Source: Rhizodiscina lignyota
Taxonomy: Eukaryota
Length of the DNA: 64,000 nucleotides
Assembly: GCA_010015805.1 (NCBI GenBank)
Contig: ML978142.1
Location: 124,001-188,000 of the forward strand
Direction: 5' to 3'
Every line of letters begins with the position of its first letter. Position 1 is the stretch's first letter. The position numbers and the translations under genes are program-made. The notes under the pieces were generated by a model, which saw nothing but the letters and a program-made list of their open reading frames with translations, made no database searches and was not told the DNA's origin. Shown here piece by piece: positions 1 to 10,994 of this stretch.

Positions 1-895
1 GTTCCAGTCGTGCAGTTTTAGAGGGACATTGCCAGTAGCGTGCGCGAGGTCCCAGCCTACTGTTATGCCGCGAGCTTGTGCATAGGAGGTTATGGTGGGG
101 ATGTCGAAGAACTGGCCCGAGTAAAATTGTACACCCGGGAGGAGGAGGAGGGCGGTGGAGGAGGCATGGGCGTCGATGAGGGAAAGAATCTGAGAGGTTG
201 GAAGGTAGTGGTTGCGCGATTCGGTCGGATCGAGGAATATCATCGCGTCATCTATCGAGAGGTTGTGGTGCAAGATTTGTGACTCAACTGCATACTGCGG
301 ACGTCAGAAAAACGCGGAGTAGGAGAGAGAGAGGACACATGCATGATCACTCGGGAAAGCCTTTCTCTCAAGGATAATCTTGTATCTCTCCTTCGTCGGC
401 CGGTAAAAGCTCGCCATTAACAGATGCAAATTCGCGGTCAAGCTCGCCATCACCGCGACTTCGCTGGACTGCGCCCCGACGATCTTGCTCAGCGGTACCT
501 TCGGATCATCTCCAATGTCTAGCCAAGGCGATGTCAATTGGTCCTCGAGCTCTGTAAAGTGTCCAAAAACGCCCTTCGAACCCCATACCCTCAGATATCT
601 TTGTACGTATTCGGATACTCGTTTCGGCTGGAGGCCCAACGAGTTGCCGCAAAGGTAGGTGCAGGGCTCCGCTTCGTCGTTCTTCGTGGCAGCTGGAAGC
701 GCTCAGTTGTGGAAATTGAGAGTTATGGCGCTAGTGCTAACCGTCTTTTGTAGCTGTGCGCCGTTTGATGTCTGCCTTGCTTGGGATGATGAACTCTTCG
801 CGGAGGTGGCGGAGAGGGTCCGCGGAATCAAGAGACTGCGCATATTGGAGGGATGATCTTGTGCCGGTTTCGTTCGGAGGAGGTTGGCTAGACAT
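1..895 (-). CDS. BNA5: Kynureninase (PLP-dependent), 3' end runs off window start; multi-exon
   Basis: ATG at 895 gives MSSQPPP...[20 protein letters not shown] 304..639 has [29 protein letters not shown] and KAFPSDH; after an intron it continues YAVESQI. These are kynureninase motifs. Confidence 0.92.
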
Positions 896-1426
896 AGTCT
901 AGTATGAGCTCGATGCTGCGATGTCAAACTAATCGTAAGTCGGTCTCTGAGTGACAGAAGGGAGGAGATGACTCTAATTTCGGCAATGATGCAACGCCAA
1001 GCCGAATGTACGGACCGAGCCGCCGCTAATGCAACTTTAATCAACTTAGCGCCAGATTAATCAGATGGATCAGATTGAGTGCTCTGAGGCCAAAGTGCAA
1101 CCGTCACCGCCTTCTAACGATGGGACACGAAGACTAGACCATGCATCTGAGGGAAAGATGTTTGGAGATATCCCAGCTTTATCGGAGCTTTAGTAGCGCA
1201 ACAATTCAAAGCCTTCCTCTGGGAACTAAAACAGCAGTGCAAGCGCGACGTCTCACATACCTTGAAGCGCAGGAGCTAATTGATCTTCGGCGTTCTAGGC
1301 TGTCGAGCGGCCAACTATCTTGTCAGCCTTGAGCCAAGCGACAGACACTGTCAGGAGGACAATGAAAGATTTGCCATTGGTAGAGGTGGCATCGTGCAAT
1401 GAATTGTGCTTTTGGTCGAGGGGGGA

Positions 1427-2791
1427 TTATTTATTACTGACGTCTCTCATAAGCTTCAGAACATTAGAGACTAGGTACAAACTGCCAGCCACAATCATTG
1501 GCCCGCCGTTCGCCGCTTTCGATGCTGCGCTGATAGCATCCAATGGGTTTTGCACCGCCTTGACGGCCTCGACATGTCGGTCAACACTCTGGACCGCCTG
1601 CATAATATCTGCTGCTGGCATTGGTTTTACCCAAGGCATTCCATCCACAGGTCCAAATTCTGTAACAAAGACTCTGTCCCCCCTCCGCAAGATATTCTTG
1701 AGGATGTCGCTCACATCCTTGCCTTGCGTAAACGCCAGCACCCAAGTGACCGGATCGCCGTCAAGGAACTTTTCTCTTATGCCAATGAAGACTTTGCCAT
1801 CCTTGTCGGCATTCTTCCCTCGTCCTGTCAAGCGATAGGTATTGAAGACGTATACAGCCAAACCCTCAGCCGAGTCGGCATTATGTGCTCCATCGAGAAG
1901 AATCTCTTGGCGCTGTCCGTCCAATAGTGGCGATATGTCCAGATGCTGTAGTCGGCCTGGTAATCTCGCGTCCATGACAGCCGGAACAAGGTCCCTAGCC
2001 GTCAGGAGTTCGGGAAGATTGAGTTGTGGCAGAGTGAGCTTGACTGTTTCGAAAGCACAAGCGATATTGTTCCGTTGGTGCTGCTGCGTGCGCATGGCCA
2101 GGCCGAACGAACGCCATCTCATTGCGCTTTTCCCAAACCGTGGTGTCCACGAAGAAGCCATCTCTTTTCTGATCTGCGGCAGATTCTTTGCGAGATGTAT
2201 TTTACCGGCACCCACGTCTTTCGCGACTTGCTTGATGACATCTAGCACTACGGGCGGGTTTGTCCCATCAACGATGCAGGGAACGCCAGGCTTGAGGATG
2301 CCTGCTTTCTCTTTTGCTATCTCTTCGATGGTGTTGCCTAGGAACGCCTGATGGTCCAGTCCAACCTTTGATATCACGGTAACGAGCGGCTTCTCCAGGA
2401 TATTGGTCGCGTCGAGTCTCCCACCCATCCCGACCTCCACAACGCCAACGTCGACATTTTCTTTCGTGAAAGCCTCGAATGCCGTTGCAGTCAACAACTC
2501 AAACTCCGACGCGCCAATCTTGCCAGTGCTATCCCGTTCAAGCACTTCCCTTTCGACTTGATTAAACAAATCTCGCGAAATATGCTTCTCATCCACATTT
2601 ATGCAGTCCCAGCGGTCGATGAGGTGCGGAGAGGTGAATCGGCCGGTACGGACGCCGCCGGCGTGTAACATCGCCGAGATGTACGCGCATATTGAGCCTT
2701 TGCCATTCGTGCCAGCGACGTGGATGGCTTTCCATGGTCGAGGACGGTTGTGGAGGAGTTGGGTGATGCGTGAGAGGCCGAGCTCTATCAT
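1427..2791 (-). CDS. FOL3: Dihydrofolate synthetase / folylpolyglutamate synthase family (FOL3-like)
   Basis: Intronless 454-aa ORF with MIELGLSRI, HVAGTNGKGS P-loop, EVGMGGRLDATN, LDGAHN and GSLYLV motifs. Confidence 0.9.
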   Translation of the reverse strand: MIELGLSRITQLLHNRPRPWKAIHVAGTNGKGSICAYISAMLHAGGVRTGRFTSPHLIDRWDCINVDEKHISRDLFNQVEREVLERDSTGKIGASEFELLTATAFEAFTKENVDVGVVEVGMGGRLDATNILEKPLVTVISKVGLDHQAFLGNTIEEIAKEKAGILKPGVPCIVDGTNPPVVLDVIKQVAKDVGAGKIHLAKNLPQIRKEMASSWTPRFGKSAMRWRSFGLAMRTQQHQRNNIACAFETVKLTLPQLNLPELLTARDLVPAVMDARLPGRLQHLDISPLLDGQRQEILLDGAHNADSAEGLAVYVFNTYRLTGRGKNADKDGKVFIGIREKFLDGDPVTWVLAFTQGKDVSDILKNILRRGDRVFVTEFGPVDGMPWVKPMPAADIMQAVQSVDRHVEAVKAVQNPLDAISAASKAANGGPMIVAGSLYLVSNVLKLMRDVSNK

Positions 2792-3483
2792 GGCGAGGCG
2801 CGGCCCACTGAGATTTCAAGGTGACATGGCTGGCTTTGGATCGTACGGTATAGGCCGCCCTACTTAGCTGGAATAGGTTGGAGGAATGGTGGGTGCTTTC
2901 AAAATGGAGAACCCTGGGAGTTTGGCAGCTGCAAGTTCCACGAATTTGATGACTAAGCCGATACGCCTGCGTCTGATGTGGACGTCGAGTATCTACGTGT
3001 GCAAGCTGCAAGTTGAGCGCCCGTAAATGATCGACTTGGAGCTCGACATTCATGCACATGGTGCATTAAAGTAAAGCAATGCTTGCTGTTCGTGGGGAAC
3101 CCCAAGTACGCTCCAAAGAAGGTGGAATAAGGAGAATTGAGCTTTGAGATGCAGTCTCGTCTGCCTTGAAGTGCAAGAGCTGCTCGCCCTTGGGCGTTCC
3201 AGATTGCCTGGCGGGCAAGATATTTTGTCAGCCTAGAAACATTCAAGTCATTCCTTTCTACATTTAGTTTCTGGGCAAACTCCAATTGAATCCGGTTATA
3301 ATTTGGTATCATCGTCGCAGGCAACTTGACACCAATTCAGGATTGTCCCTATCGTACCCCCTTCGCTTCATGCTCTGAATCCAAACCCTCAACGCCACGC
3401 CAAAATGAATGCAAATGCTCGTAAAGACGAATATCCCTCTTGTCTCATGTCCATTGTCGTTTATAGTAGAACTCCGAGCATCA

Positions 3484-4655
3484 TTAATCACCGATTCTCG
3501 GTGGACTCTTTGACTGGTCGTCCTTCTTCCGGAAAGGACTGACACTCCGCCTGTAAAGTGTAAGTAGCAGGGCGGGAAAGATTTCAGGTGACAACTTACG
3601 ATCTACGCCTTTCGCCTTCCTTTCTGAAGCTTTCTATGATCCTCAACATATCCTTCCGTCCTTCCTTTGCATTGACCTCCCTTCCCGCCATGTTCATGCT
3701 AACCCTCGAGCTCGAGTCTGCCGTTAACAGTCTCTTAAGCAGCAAATGCTTCATCAGCAAGCAGACGAACACTCCGCAGTCGCTACCATTCTCTTGCTGT
3801 GGTGTATCATCCATAGGAACGAATCTTATTGGCGCGCCCAATAACATAGCCAGCTTGTGCGCAGCCGCTTGCGCCGGGCGCAGATTGTCGCCTCCGAGGC
3901 TATCGTAATGGAAAGCGACACCGTCGATAAGACTGACAAGTAGAAGCGACCAGTGTGAGCCCCCCTCCGCGAGCTCAACTGAAGGATTATCGTTTATGGG
4001 GAGAAATATGTGGGTAGTCTTCGAGAAGTCGGGTAAGGCGTCCTTGATGGTCGTAGGATCGGGGGTGTTCATGAGCATGAATGACATGGAGGGTCGGAGG
4101 AGGATGATGTGCGCTTTTGGGAATTGCTGGAGTTTCTCATGTTCGAGGTATCTACGGCCATGAGATCAGTGAGTGCTTCCCTGAGACGGAAGCGGACGTA
4201 CTCTTCCCAGAACGCTATCGCCTAATCGCTGGCCGTTAGTGACGCGTAAAACAGTCCATGAATGGCTCTTACGTTGTCCGTTAACCAGTCGTTCTTTATG
4301 GACTCGACATCTCCCTTCGTCACTAATCACGCGTGAGTCGATACGAATCGAGATACGCTCGTAAGACACACGCGTACTTACAGCGCACGTCGTGATCTTG
4401 CTTAGAGTTAGTACAAGTGCATAGAAGTAGGAATGGGTGTCTTACAGCTCAAATACGCGTCCTGAGGGTCTAGCTGGAATCCGAATATAATTTAGCATGA
4501 GCTTAATATTGGCGCGACAAGATGCCATTGGCCCCTCTCCATGTGTTCGGGAGGTCTTCTGGAGGGTCGCAAACATAATCAAAGACTTTAGAGAGGCGTA
4601 CATTGTCTCCAAAGTGCCTGCTCACCCTTCCGCCGAAGGGGTGAAAGCCAGACAT
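3484..4655 (-). CDS. denA: NEDD8-specific protease (DEN1/SENP8, Ulp1 peptidase family C48), 7 exons
   Basis: Spliced model MSGFHPFGGRVSRHFGDN|LDPQDAYLS|YHDVR|LTKGDVESIKNDWLTDN|AIAFWEE|YLEHE...GGSHWSLL...YDS...QQENGSDCGVF...RRRS|RSVSPFRKK...IGD*. Catalytic His/Asp/Cys motifs present; GT-AG introns. Confidence 0.88.
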
Positions 4656-5123
4656 CTTGATGGTGGGGAAGTTCGAAGGGCGAGGGGATCCGCGGAAACG
4701 CACAGGTGTGGGGGGAAACGTGAAAGAGACAGTGTGAGGAAGTGAGTTGGAGAGAATTCGAGCGCAGATACAGTGTTCACAGTCCTGCTATGGAGTGTTT
4801 GATATTCTCCCTCTTTCCTGCCTCGTGAGTCTCGTCCGCCCCGCCCCGCTCCCTTTTGGGAATTGCAGGCATTTCAAATCTCAGATCTACCCCTGTCGTC
4901 GAGTCATGGGCTTTTGCAATTCTACTCCGTACGTTGAGATTGTCACTGCGCTTTTGATAGGCAGTGAGGTGCCATTCATCTATCTTCAAAGTGCCTAACG
5001 CCACAACATCCGTCTGATTTGCAGATATGCTTTTGAGTCGATGAAACCATCGATGGAGAGTTTTGCTCAGCCTCGAGCTCGCACTCGCCCTTCGCCATTT
5101 TGGATCACCTCTCCAACTCAAGC

Positions 5124-5926
5124 TCATGAAATCAAGACCTTCCACGCATCATCTCCATAGGAAAACACCCACTCTGGGATCCCATGAAAGCCTTGGAAGC
5201 TACAGTGCTCCATCCAATCTTGAGTCCATTCGTCAACATCTTCATACGCGTCAACTTTCACGCCCTTATTTTGCTCCCTTCGCTCATCGATCCTCCTATA
5301 TGCCTCTGCAACCTTTTCTTCTGTTCCGGCAATTGTGCGTAAGGTTGGTCCGTATCGAACGTCTGGGACGGCGTGAAAGGTACGTCGCACCTCTGGCCAG
5401 CGCTGGTTTCCGGTCCAGGTGCGAATGTCAGATGGGTGCCTGACAGGATTCTCATCCAAAGAGACAGATTCACTGTCTTCAGTAATATCGATGTTGGGGC
5501 CACACTTCGCCAAGAACAAGACTTGTTTCTCACATCCGTCATCCACTGTCCGATCCAAGAAACTTTGTGCTATCCACTCATCGAATACCGGGTCGTGCCC
5601 ACTTGGCGCTCTCGGATCGTACACTGTCCGAGTGGTAGGATCCAATACATGGGCACCATCATGGCTTGAGCGATAGATGGTAACAGAGCTCCCGGACTCG
5701 TATCCATCCTTTCTGAGAATGACATCGTTGAAGTCACGGGGCAGTGAGAGTCTCACCCAGTTAAACTTTTGCCACCAATTGAAATTGTGTGCGGGAATGT
5801 TTGGATCGCATACGAGGAGATTCAACTGACGCCAGCCTTTTCCATACTTTATGAATAGAGATTCAAAGTGCCTTGCACCGGATTCACGCCGTCAGCCTCC
5901 AGCTGTGGAGGTGTATCAGGCGCCAT
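5124..5926 (-). CDS. Hypothetical protein (~250 aa, probable 5' intron)
   Basis: 233-aa ORF 5124..5825; candidate first exon MAPDTPPQLEADGVNP from ATG 5926. No family recognised. Confidence 0.45.
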
Positions 5927-6508
5927 GATTGTGCAAAGAAAGAGGCAAAGTGTTGATGAGTGAGTGGAAAGAAAAAAGGAAGAAGCAGAGTTTGTTTGGA
6001 ACTACCTAGGTATATACGTACCTTTGTAGCTATCCTAACCTAATTGGTCCTAGCGCAAAGCATATTGTGTCGACAGCGGCGCTTGCACGACGAAGTTGAC
6101 GAAGAAACTGGAGAGGTGATGATGATGCCAATAGTCTGAGAGCGGCGCTGATAGAAGTGAATCCAACGGCAGTGCCAACTTACAATGAGCATACAAATGT
6201 GATGTCAGCAGTGGATGAAGCAGAGGACGGCATTACGGGCTGGATGGCGTGCTCCATGAAACTGACCACGCAACATGAGGCATTCGCAGCGTTTTCATAT
6301 TCATTGTTCTGGGCGGTTGAAGTCACTTGGTTCGCGAATTCGGGATGAGGTTGCCCGTTTAAAAGATCAATTTAACCAGAACTCTGTGGCTCCGGATCGA
6401 TACATCCCGGCTGCTTAACTTCGACCTATCACTATTCCAAATGCCCTCAACTTCTCCTCACCAAGGCCTCAACCCACGTGGTAACTATAGACGAACCGAA
6501 TCAAAGTC

Positions 6509-7387
6509 ATGGCTGCAAAAGTCGAGGCACGACCCCGTGAGCTGGAGCGAAACGAGCTCATGGACGGTGATGCCACGGACGTTGGGGCACGAGCAACATC
6601 GGTACCTTGGTACAACCCAGAGCTCACATCTATTCCGGGAAATGCACGAGAAATCCTAGAAAAATACTCTAAAATACCTCCCGAGCAGGTCGGAGATCAT
6701 GTCAAGGCCCTGCGGGAGAAAGCCTGGCAGGTCTACCCGTACCCGTGCATTGGCCAGTTCCGATTTCTCGACATGAGTATCGAGGAAATGGACTCTTATC
6801 CAGAGATGCTGAAGAGGCTAAAGAGCGGCGACAAGCTGCTAGATCTAGGCTGCTGTTTTGGGCAGGAGATTAGAAAGCTCGTTTTTGACGGAGTCCTGTC
6901 GGAGAATTTGTTTGGCGCGGATCTACATCAAGATTTCTTCCAACTGGGATACGACCTTTTCTGCGATCGGGACACGTTGAAAGCTCGATTCATACAGGCC
7001 GATATATTCGACAAAGACAATGCCTTGCAGGACCTGAGGGGAAGCTTGGACATTGTTTATACCGGGAGCTTCTTCCATGTCTTTGGCTACGAGGGACAAC
7101 TTAAAGCGGGTAGAGAAGTTGCCAAATTGTTGAAGGGAAAGGGTAGTATGGTGGTGGGAAGGCAAATAGGCAGCGTAAACCCAGGAGAGCGGGAGCACAG
7201 GACGAATCCGGATGGAAAGATGATGAGGCACAACTTGGAGAGCTGGAGGCAGCTGTGGGAGCGAATTGGGGAAGAGCTTGGAATAAAGTTTTCGGTGACT
7301 GGGAAAATACTACCAATCGATGAAGAGTTTAAGCATTTCCATAAGCCGGATACGAGGAGGCTTTGGTTTGAAGTAAAGCGGGAGTAG
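6509..7387 (+). CDS. Class I SAM-dependent methyltransferase (AusD/Trt5-like fungal family)
   Basis: YPYPCIGQFRFL, LLDLGCCFGQEIRKL (SAM motif I), SFFHVF and GRQIG motifs; intronless 292 aa. Confidence 0.85.
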   Translation: MAAKVEARPRELERNELMDGDATDVGARATSVPWYNPELTSIPGNAREILEKYSKIPPEQVGDHVKALREKAWQVYPYPCIGQFRFLDMSIEEMDSYPEMLKRLKSGDKLLDLGCCFGQEIRKLVFDGVLSENLFGADLHQDFFQLGYDLFCDRDTLKARFIQADIFDKDNALQDLRGSLDIVYTGSFFHVFGYEGQLKAGREVAKLLKGKGSMVVGRQIGSVNPGEREHRTNPDGKMMRHNLESWRQLWERIGEELGIKFSVTGKILPIDEEFKHFHKPDTRRLWFEVKRE

Positions 7388-7981
7388 ACTGAATGAGAAA
7401 CTGTACTCCGTATTTTATGCTGCTGACAGGGACCACATATCGTCTCCATCATTCTTGTTCCAAGGCCTCCGTCATAGTTTTCCTTCTGCCGTACTTTCCA
7501 GCGTCCCGCCATCCGCGAACATATTGGCTTCCAAAAATTAGAAGAGGAAGGGAAAAAGGGGGATGTTTGGAGAGATATACCTATGGCCAGGGCAGCCAAC
7601 TAACCCAATATGCTCTAGCGCCCATCCACTTCGTCGAAGAACTGCCGACCTTGGATCGCCGACATGGATTCAGCTCGTGGCGGATGGCCTTTTCAGAAAC
7701 TCGCACACGACATTGCAGTCTCGTAATATTCTCAAAGCGTTCGACCTTGTCTTGTACCTGCGTCGAACCCTGGCAAAAGTATTCATTATCTCTCTTGCTT
7801 TCAATTGCCGTGCGACGACATCAATTCCCAACCTCAAAGGTGTCTTCCAAATACTCCCTACCCCTCATCTTGAAGCCCCAGAGGCGAGTGTGTGATCTCA
7901 TAGCTACGTTCTCTTCAGTTTTGTTCGATTGAGGGGATTCTGTTCAGAGACACTCAATTACTCCGCATATACAATCCCACA

Positions 7982-9187
7982 ATGGCACCACCATTCCGAG
8001 CGGAGCACATGGGCTCCCTCCTCCGTCCGCAGAACCTCCTCGACGTCCGTGCCGCCATCCGCGACGGCAAATCCCCCGAGGAAGCTGGCCTCGCGGCCGT
8101 GGAGAAGCAAGCCGTCGGCGACGTCGTCAAGATGCAGCTCGATCTGGGCTTCCGTGCCGTCACGTCGGGCGAGTTCGTGCGCACTCGCTTCTGGGGCTTG
8201 ATGTGGGACGAGTTCCAGGGCACCACGCGCCTCCAGGATGCGGAGGCAGCCATGTTCAGACTGTATCATCCGGACGTGGTGAGTCTGATTGAGAAGGATC
8301 GGAAGGTCATGCCTGGGGATAGTGTCATTGCCGGTGAGAAGTTGAGCTATGATCCTAAAGCGTCTGTGTCGAACGTGCACGAGTTGCAACTCGTCCAGCA
8401 GTTTGTGCCAAAGGAGCGATGGGGCGATATCAAATTAACCATGATTACGCCGTCTTGGTTCCACATGCGGTACAAGGAGGGCAGCGCGTACTCGAATGAC
8501 GCTTATGCAAATGACGCCGAGTACTTCAAGGGTGTGGCTGGCGTTTACCAAGCGGAGCTGGACCAGCTCTACAAAGCAGGACTGAGGAACGTGCAGTTTG
8601 ACGACCCGAATATGGCTTACTTCTGCTCGCAAAAGTTCAGGAAAGGATGGGAGGAGGACAAGGACAACAGCGGAACGGTCGAAGATCTACTAGACTCGTA
8701 CATTGCGCTGTACAACGACTGCATCAGCAAATGTCCATCGGATATGCACACCGGCATTCACCTTTGCAGAGGCAACTTCATCGGTGGCCGACATTTCGCT
8801 GAGGGAGCCTATGACATTATCGCGAAGAAGCTGTTCCAGAATATGGACGTCAATACTTTCTACCTCGAGTACGACACCGAGCGAGCCGGAGGCTTTGAGC
8901 CGCTAAAGTTCTTACCAAAGAACAAAAATGTTGTCATTGGTGCAATTAGCACCAAGTTGCCCCAATTAGAGGGCAAGGAGGCTGTGAAGCAGCGGATATA
9001 CAGCGCCGCCGATTTCGTTGCAGAAGGCAGCGGCCAGTCGAGAGAGGAGGCGCTAAAGAGGATCTGCTTGAGCCCGCAATGTGGATTCAGCACGCATGAG
9101 AGTGGGTACCCACTGAGTGAAGATGAAGAGAAGGCCAAGTTGTCGATGATCCGACAGCTCGCTGATGAGATCTGGGGAGAGCCGTAA
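7982..9187 (+). CDS. Cobalamin-independent methionine synthase II-like protein (MetE C-terminal domain only)
   Basis: PPFRAEHMGSLLRP start, QFDDP, Zn ligands HLCRGN, LEYD and LSPQCGF; 401 aa, intronless. Confidence 0.9.
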   Translation: MAPPFRAEHMGSLLRPQNLLDVRAAIRDGKSPEEAGLAAVEKQAVGDVVKMQLDLGFRAVTSGEFVRTRFWGLMWDEFQGTTRLQDAEAAMFRLYHPDVVSLIEKDRKVMPGDSVIAGEKLSYDPKASVSNVHELQLVQQFVPKERWGDIKLTMITPSWFHMRYKEGSAYSNDAYANDAEYFKGVAGVYQAELDQLYKAGLRNVQFDDPNMAYFCSQKFRKGWEEDKDNSGTVEDLLDSYIALYNDCISKCPSDMHTGIHLCRGNFIGGRHFAEGAYDIIAKKLFQNMDVNTFYLEYDTERAGGFEPLKFLPKNKNVVIGAISTKLPQLEGKEAVKQRIYSAADFVAEGSGQSREEALKRICLSPQCGFSTHESGYPLSEDEEKAKLSMIRQLADEIWGEP

Positions 9188-9789
9188 GAGATCGAAGTCT
9201 CCGGCTCGCATGGCGCTTGAGGGAAAAGGAAAGGGAAAGGCTGAAGAGCTTTCAACAAAAGCAGATTTTTGCTTCATGATTTGATACCAAGTGGTGTACA
9301 TATAGATGGATTCAACTTCCATCAGCAAAAGGCAGGGTATAAGCTCGGAAGGAAAAAATAAATGGATCTTCTCTTCCTTTTAAAAGGAATCATTAAGAGA
9401 AATTCCCATCAACAGCTCTTTTAAACTTCAAAGCTTCCTTCAAACGCGATTACATCACCAGCCAACCCTGATGGCTTCCTTCTTCGCGCCTCCAATACCG
9501 AGGCTCTTCTCCCATACAGGGGCTGGTTCTGCGCCCACATCACACAAGACGCCATGGCTAAAATGAGCAGATTACGCATTCCATACATGCAATTTGACAG
9601 TCCATTGGATTATCCGCGCGCCATTAGCTGCCTTCGAATTCCTTCCTGCCATCAGTCATGTTCTCGAGGATCCCGTCGATCCGCATGGCAGCCGTCTCCT
9701 CAAAATGATAGTGATTGCGCAACGTCGATTTCGTAACATCGATTCGTCGTTGATAGTTCGTCCGAAGTGGAAACTTCCCATAGCAGCCG

Positions 9790-10449
9790 TTACCAAATCC
9801 CCCATCCGAACAACCTCTGCACCCCCCAAACCGTACCACCCACCACAATAACCCCAGCACTGACAATCCACACCTCAACTCTCCCGATCCCCTCCCATGC
9901 GTCCTCAAGCTGCACCTTCGCCATCTTCCTATGCTTCTTCCTCGTAAACCACGACTTCTTATTCACCGGCTTGTGTGCACTCCCATCCGTCGCCGGATTC
10001 CGGGTTGCGTTCTGGCCGGCATCGTCCTTCTGCCACGTGGCGTTCGCAGGATCCTGATACGGTTCGGGATCGATCCAATTGGATGGTGAGAAGCGCGACC
10101 AGATGGATGAGTTCGCTCTAGAATATTGCTGCGAGACGCGCCAGGCGCGGTCGCGGCGCTCGACGAGGCAGAGGGATATTAGGAATGATGTGAATAGGAG
10201 AGGTGATATGATGATCTATGGTTGTTAGCTTTACGCCTTTGTTTTCCCAAGTTGGTTCAAGCGCACCCTCTGCCAGAGCGAGTCTGGCGTGGCCTCCTTC
10301 TCGCACTCCTCGCACGCCAACGATGACTCCGATGACGACGGTCGCAAAGGCGGAATGTTGTTGAAGGGATCAGACTTTCTGTGATGGTGGCGATGAGGCA
10401 ATGGGGATGTCGCAGTTGTCGTAGCTGTTGTTCCTTGTGCGCTCGCCAT
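9790..10449 (-). CDS. Hypothetical membrane protein, 2 exons
   Basis: Exon 1 MASAQG...SLWQR (donor gtgcgc), branch gctaac and acceptor catag, then IIISPLLFTSFLISLCLVERRDRAWR...WIVSAGVIVVGGTVWGVQRLFGWGIW*. Two hydrophobic segments. Confidence 0.65.
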
Positions 10450-10994
10450 TGTGCTTTAACGGCTTCGCTTGGGCGCAACAAGGGATGAAGGTGAGGTCGC
10501 AGGCTTAAATAGGATCAATTGAAGCCTCGCAAATATGTCCGGATGCGGTGGAACATTCGTAGGCCTCTACGGCTTCCCGCGGATTCGGGCGGAGCTAACG
10601 GCATGGTGTATGAACGGTGGAGGGTGACGATGTGACGCCTAGTCTGCTTAAAAAGATGCTTCGTCATAGCTGTCTCGGCATGAAACAAAGGGTCATATTG
10701 GCCTCTTCTGCCTTATGGTCCCCCATCCAGCACGAGCACCAGGATGACGTCTCTTTACGTACACGTACCTAGAGCACTGTATCCTGCCCCTGTTCCGTGG
10801 CCCGTGGAGCAACCATTTCCAGGGGCTTACCGCACCTAAATTTAGGTACCAGCCACCCAATCGCATTTGTACATAGCATTCGCCAAGTGGTCATTCCACG
10901 CCAATTCCAGCTACAGGAGCCCGTTTTGTCGCGCTTGTATACATTCTTCAATCACTCTACTGTCCCTTCAACATAGAATCTAGAGTAGGCTATC

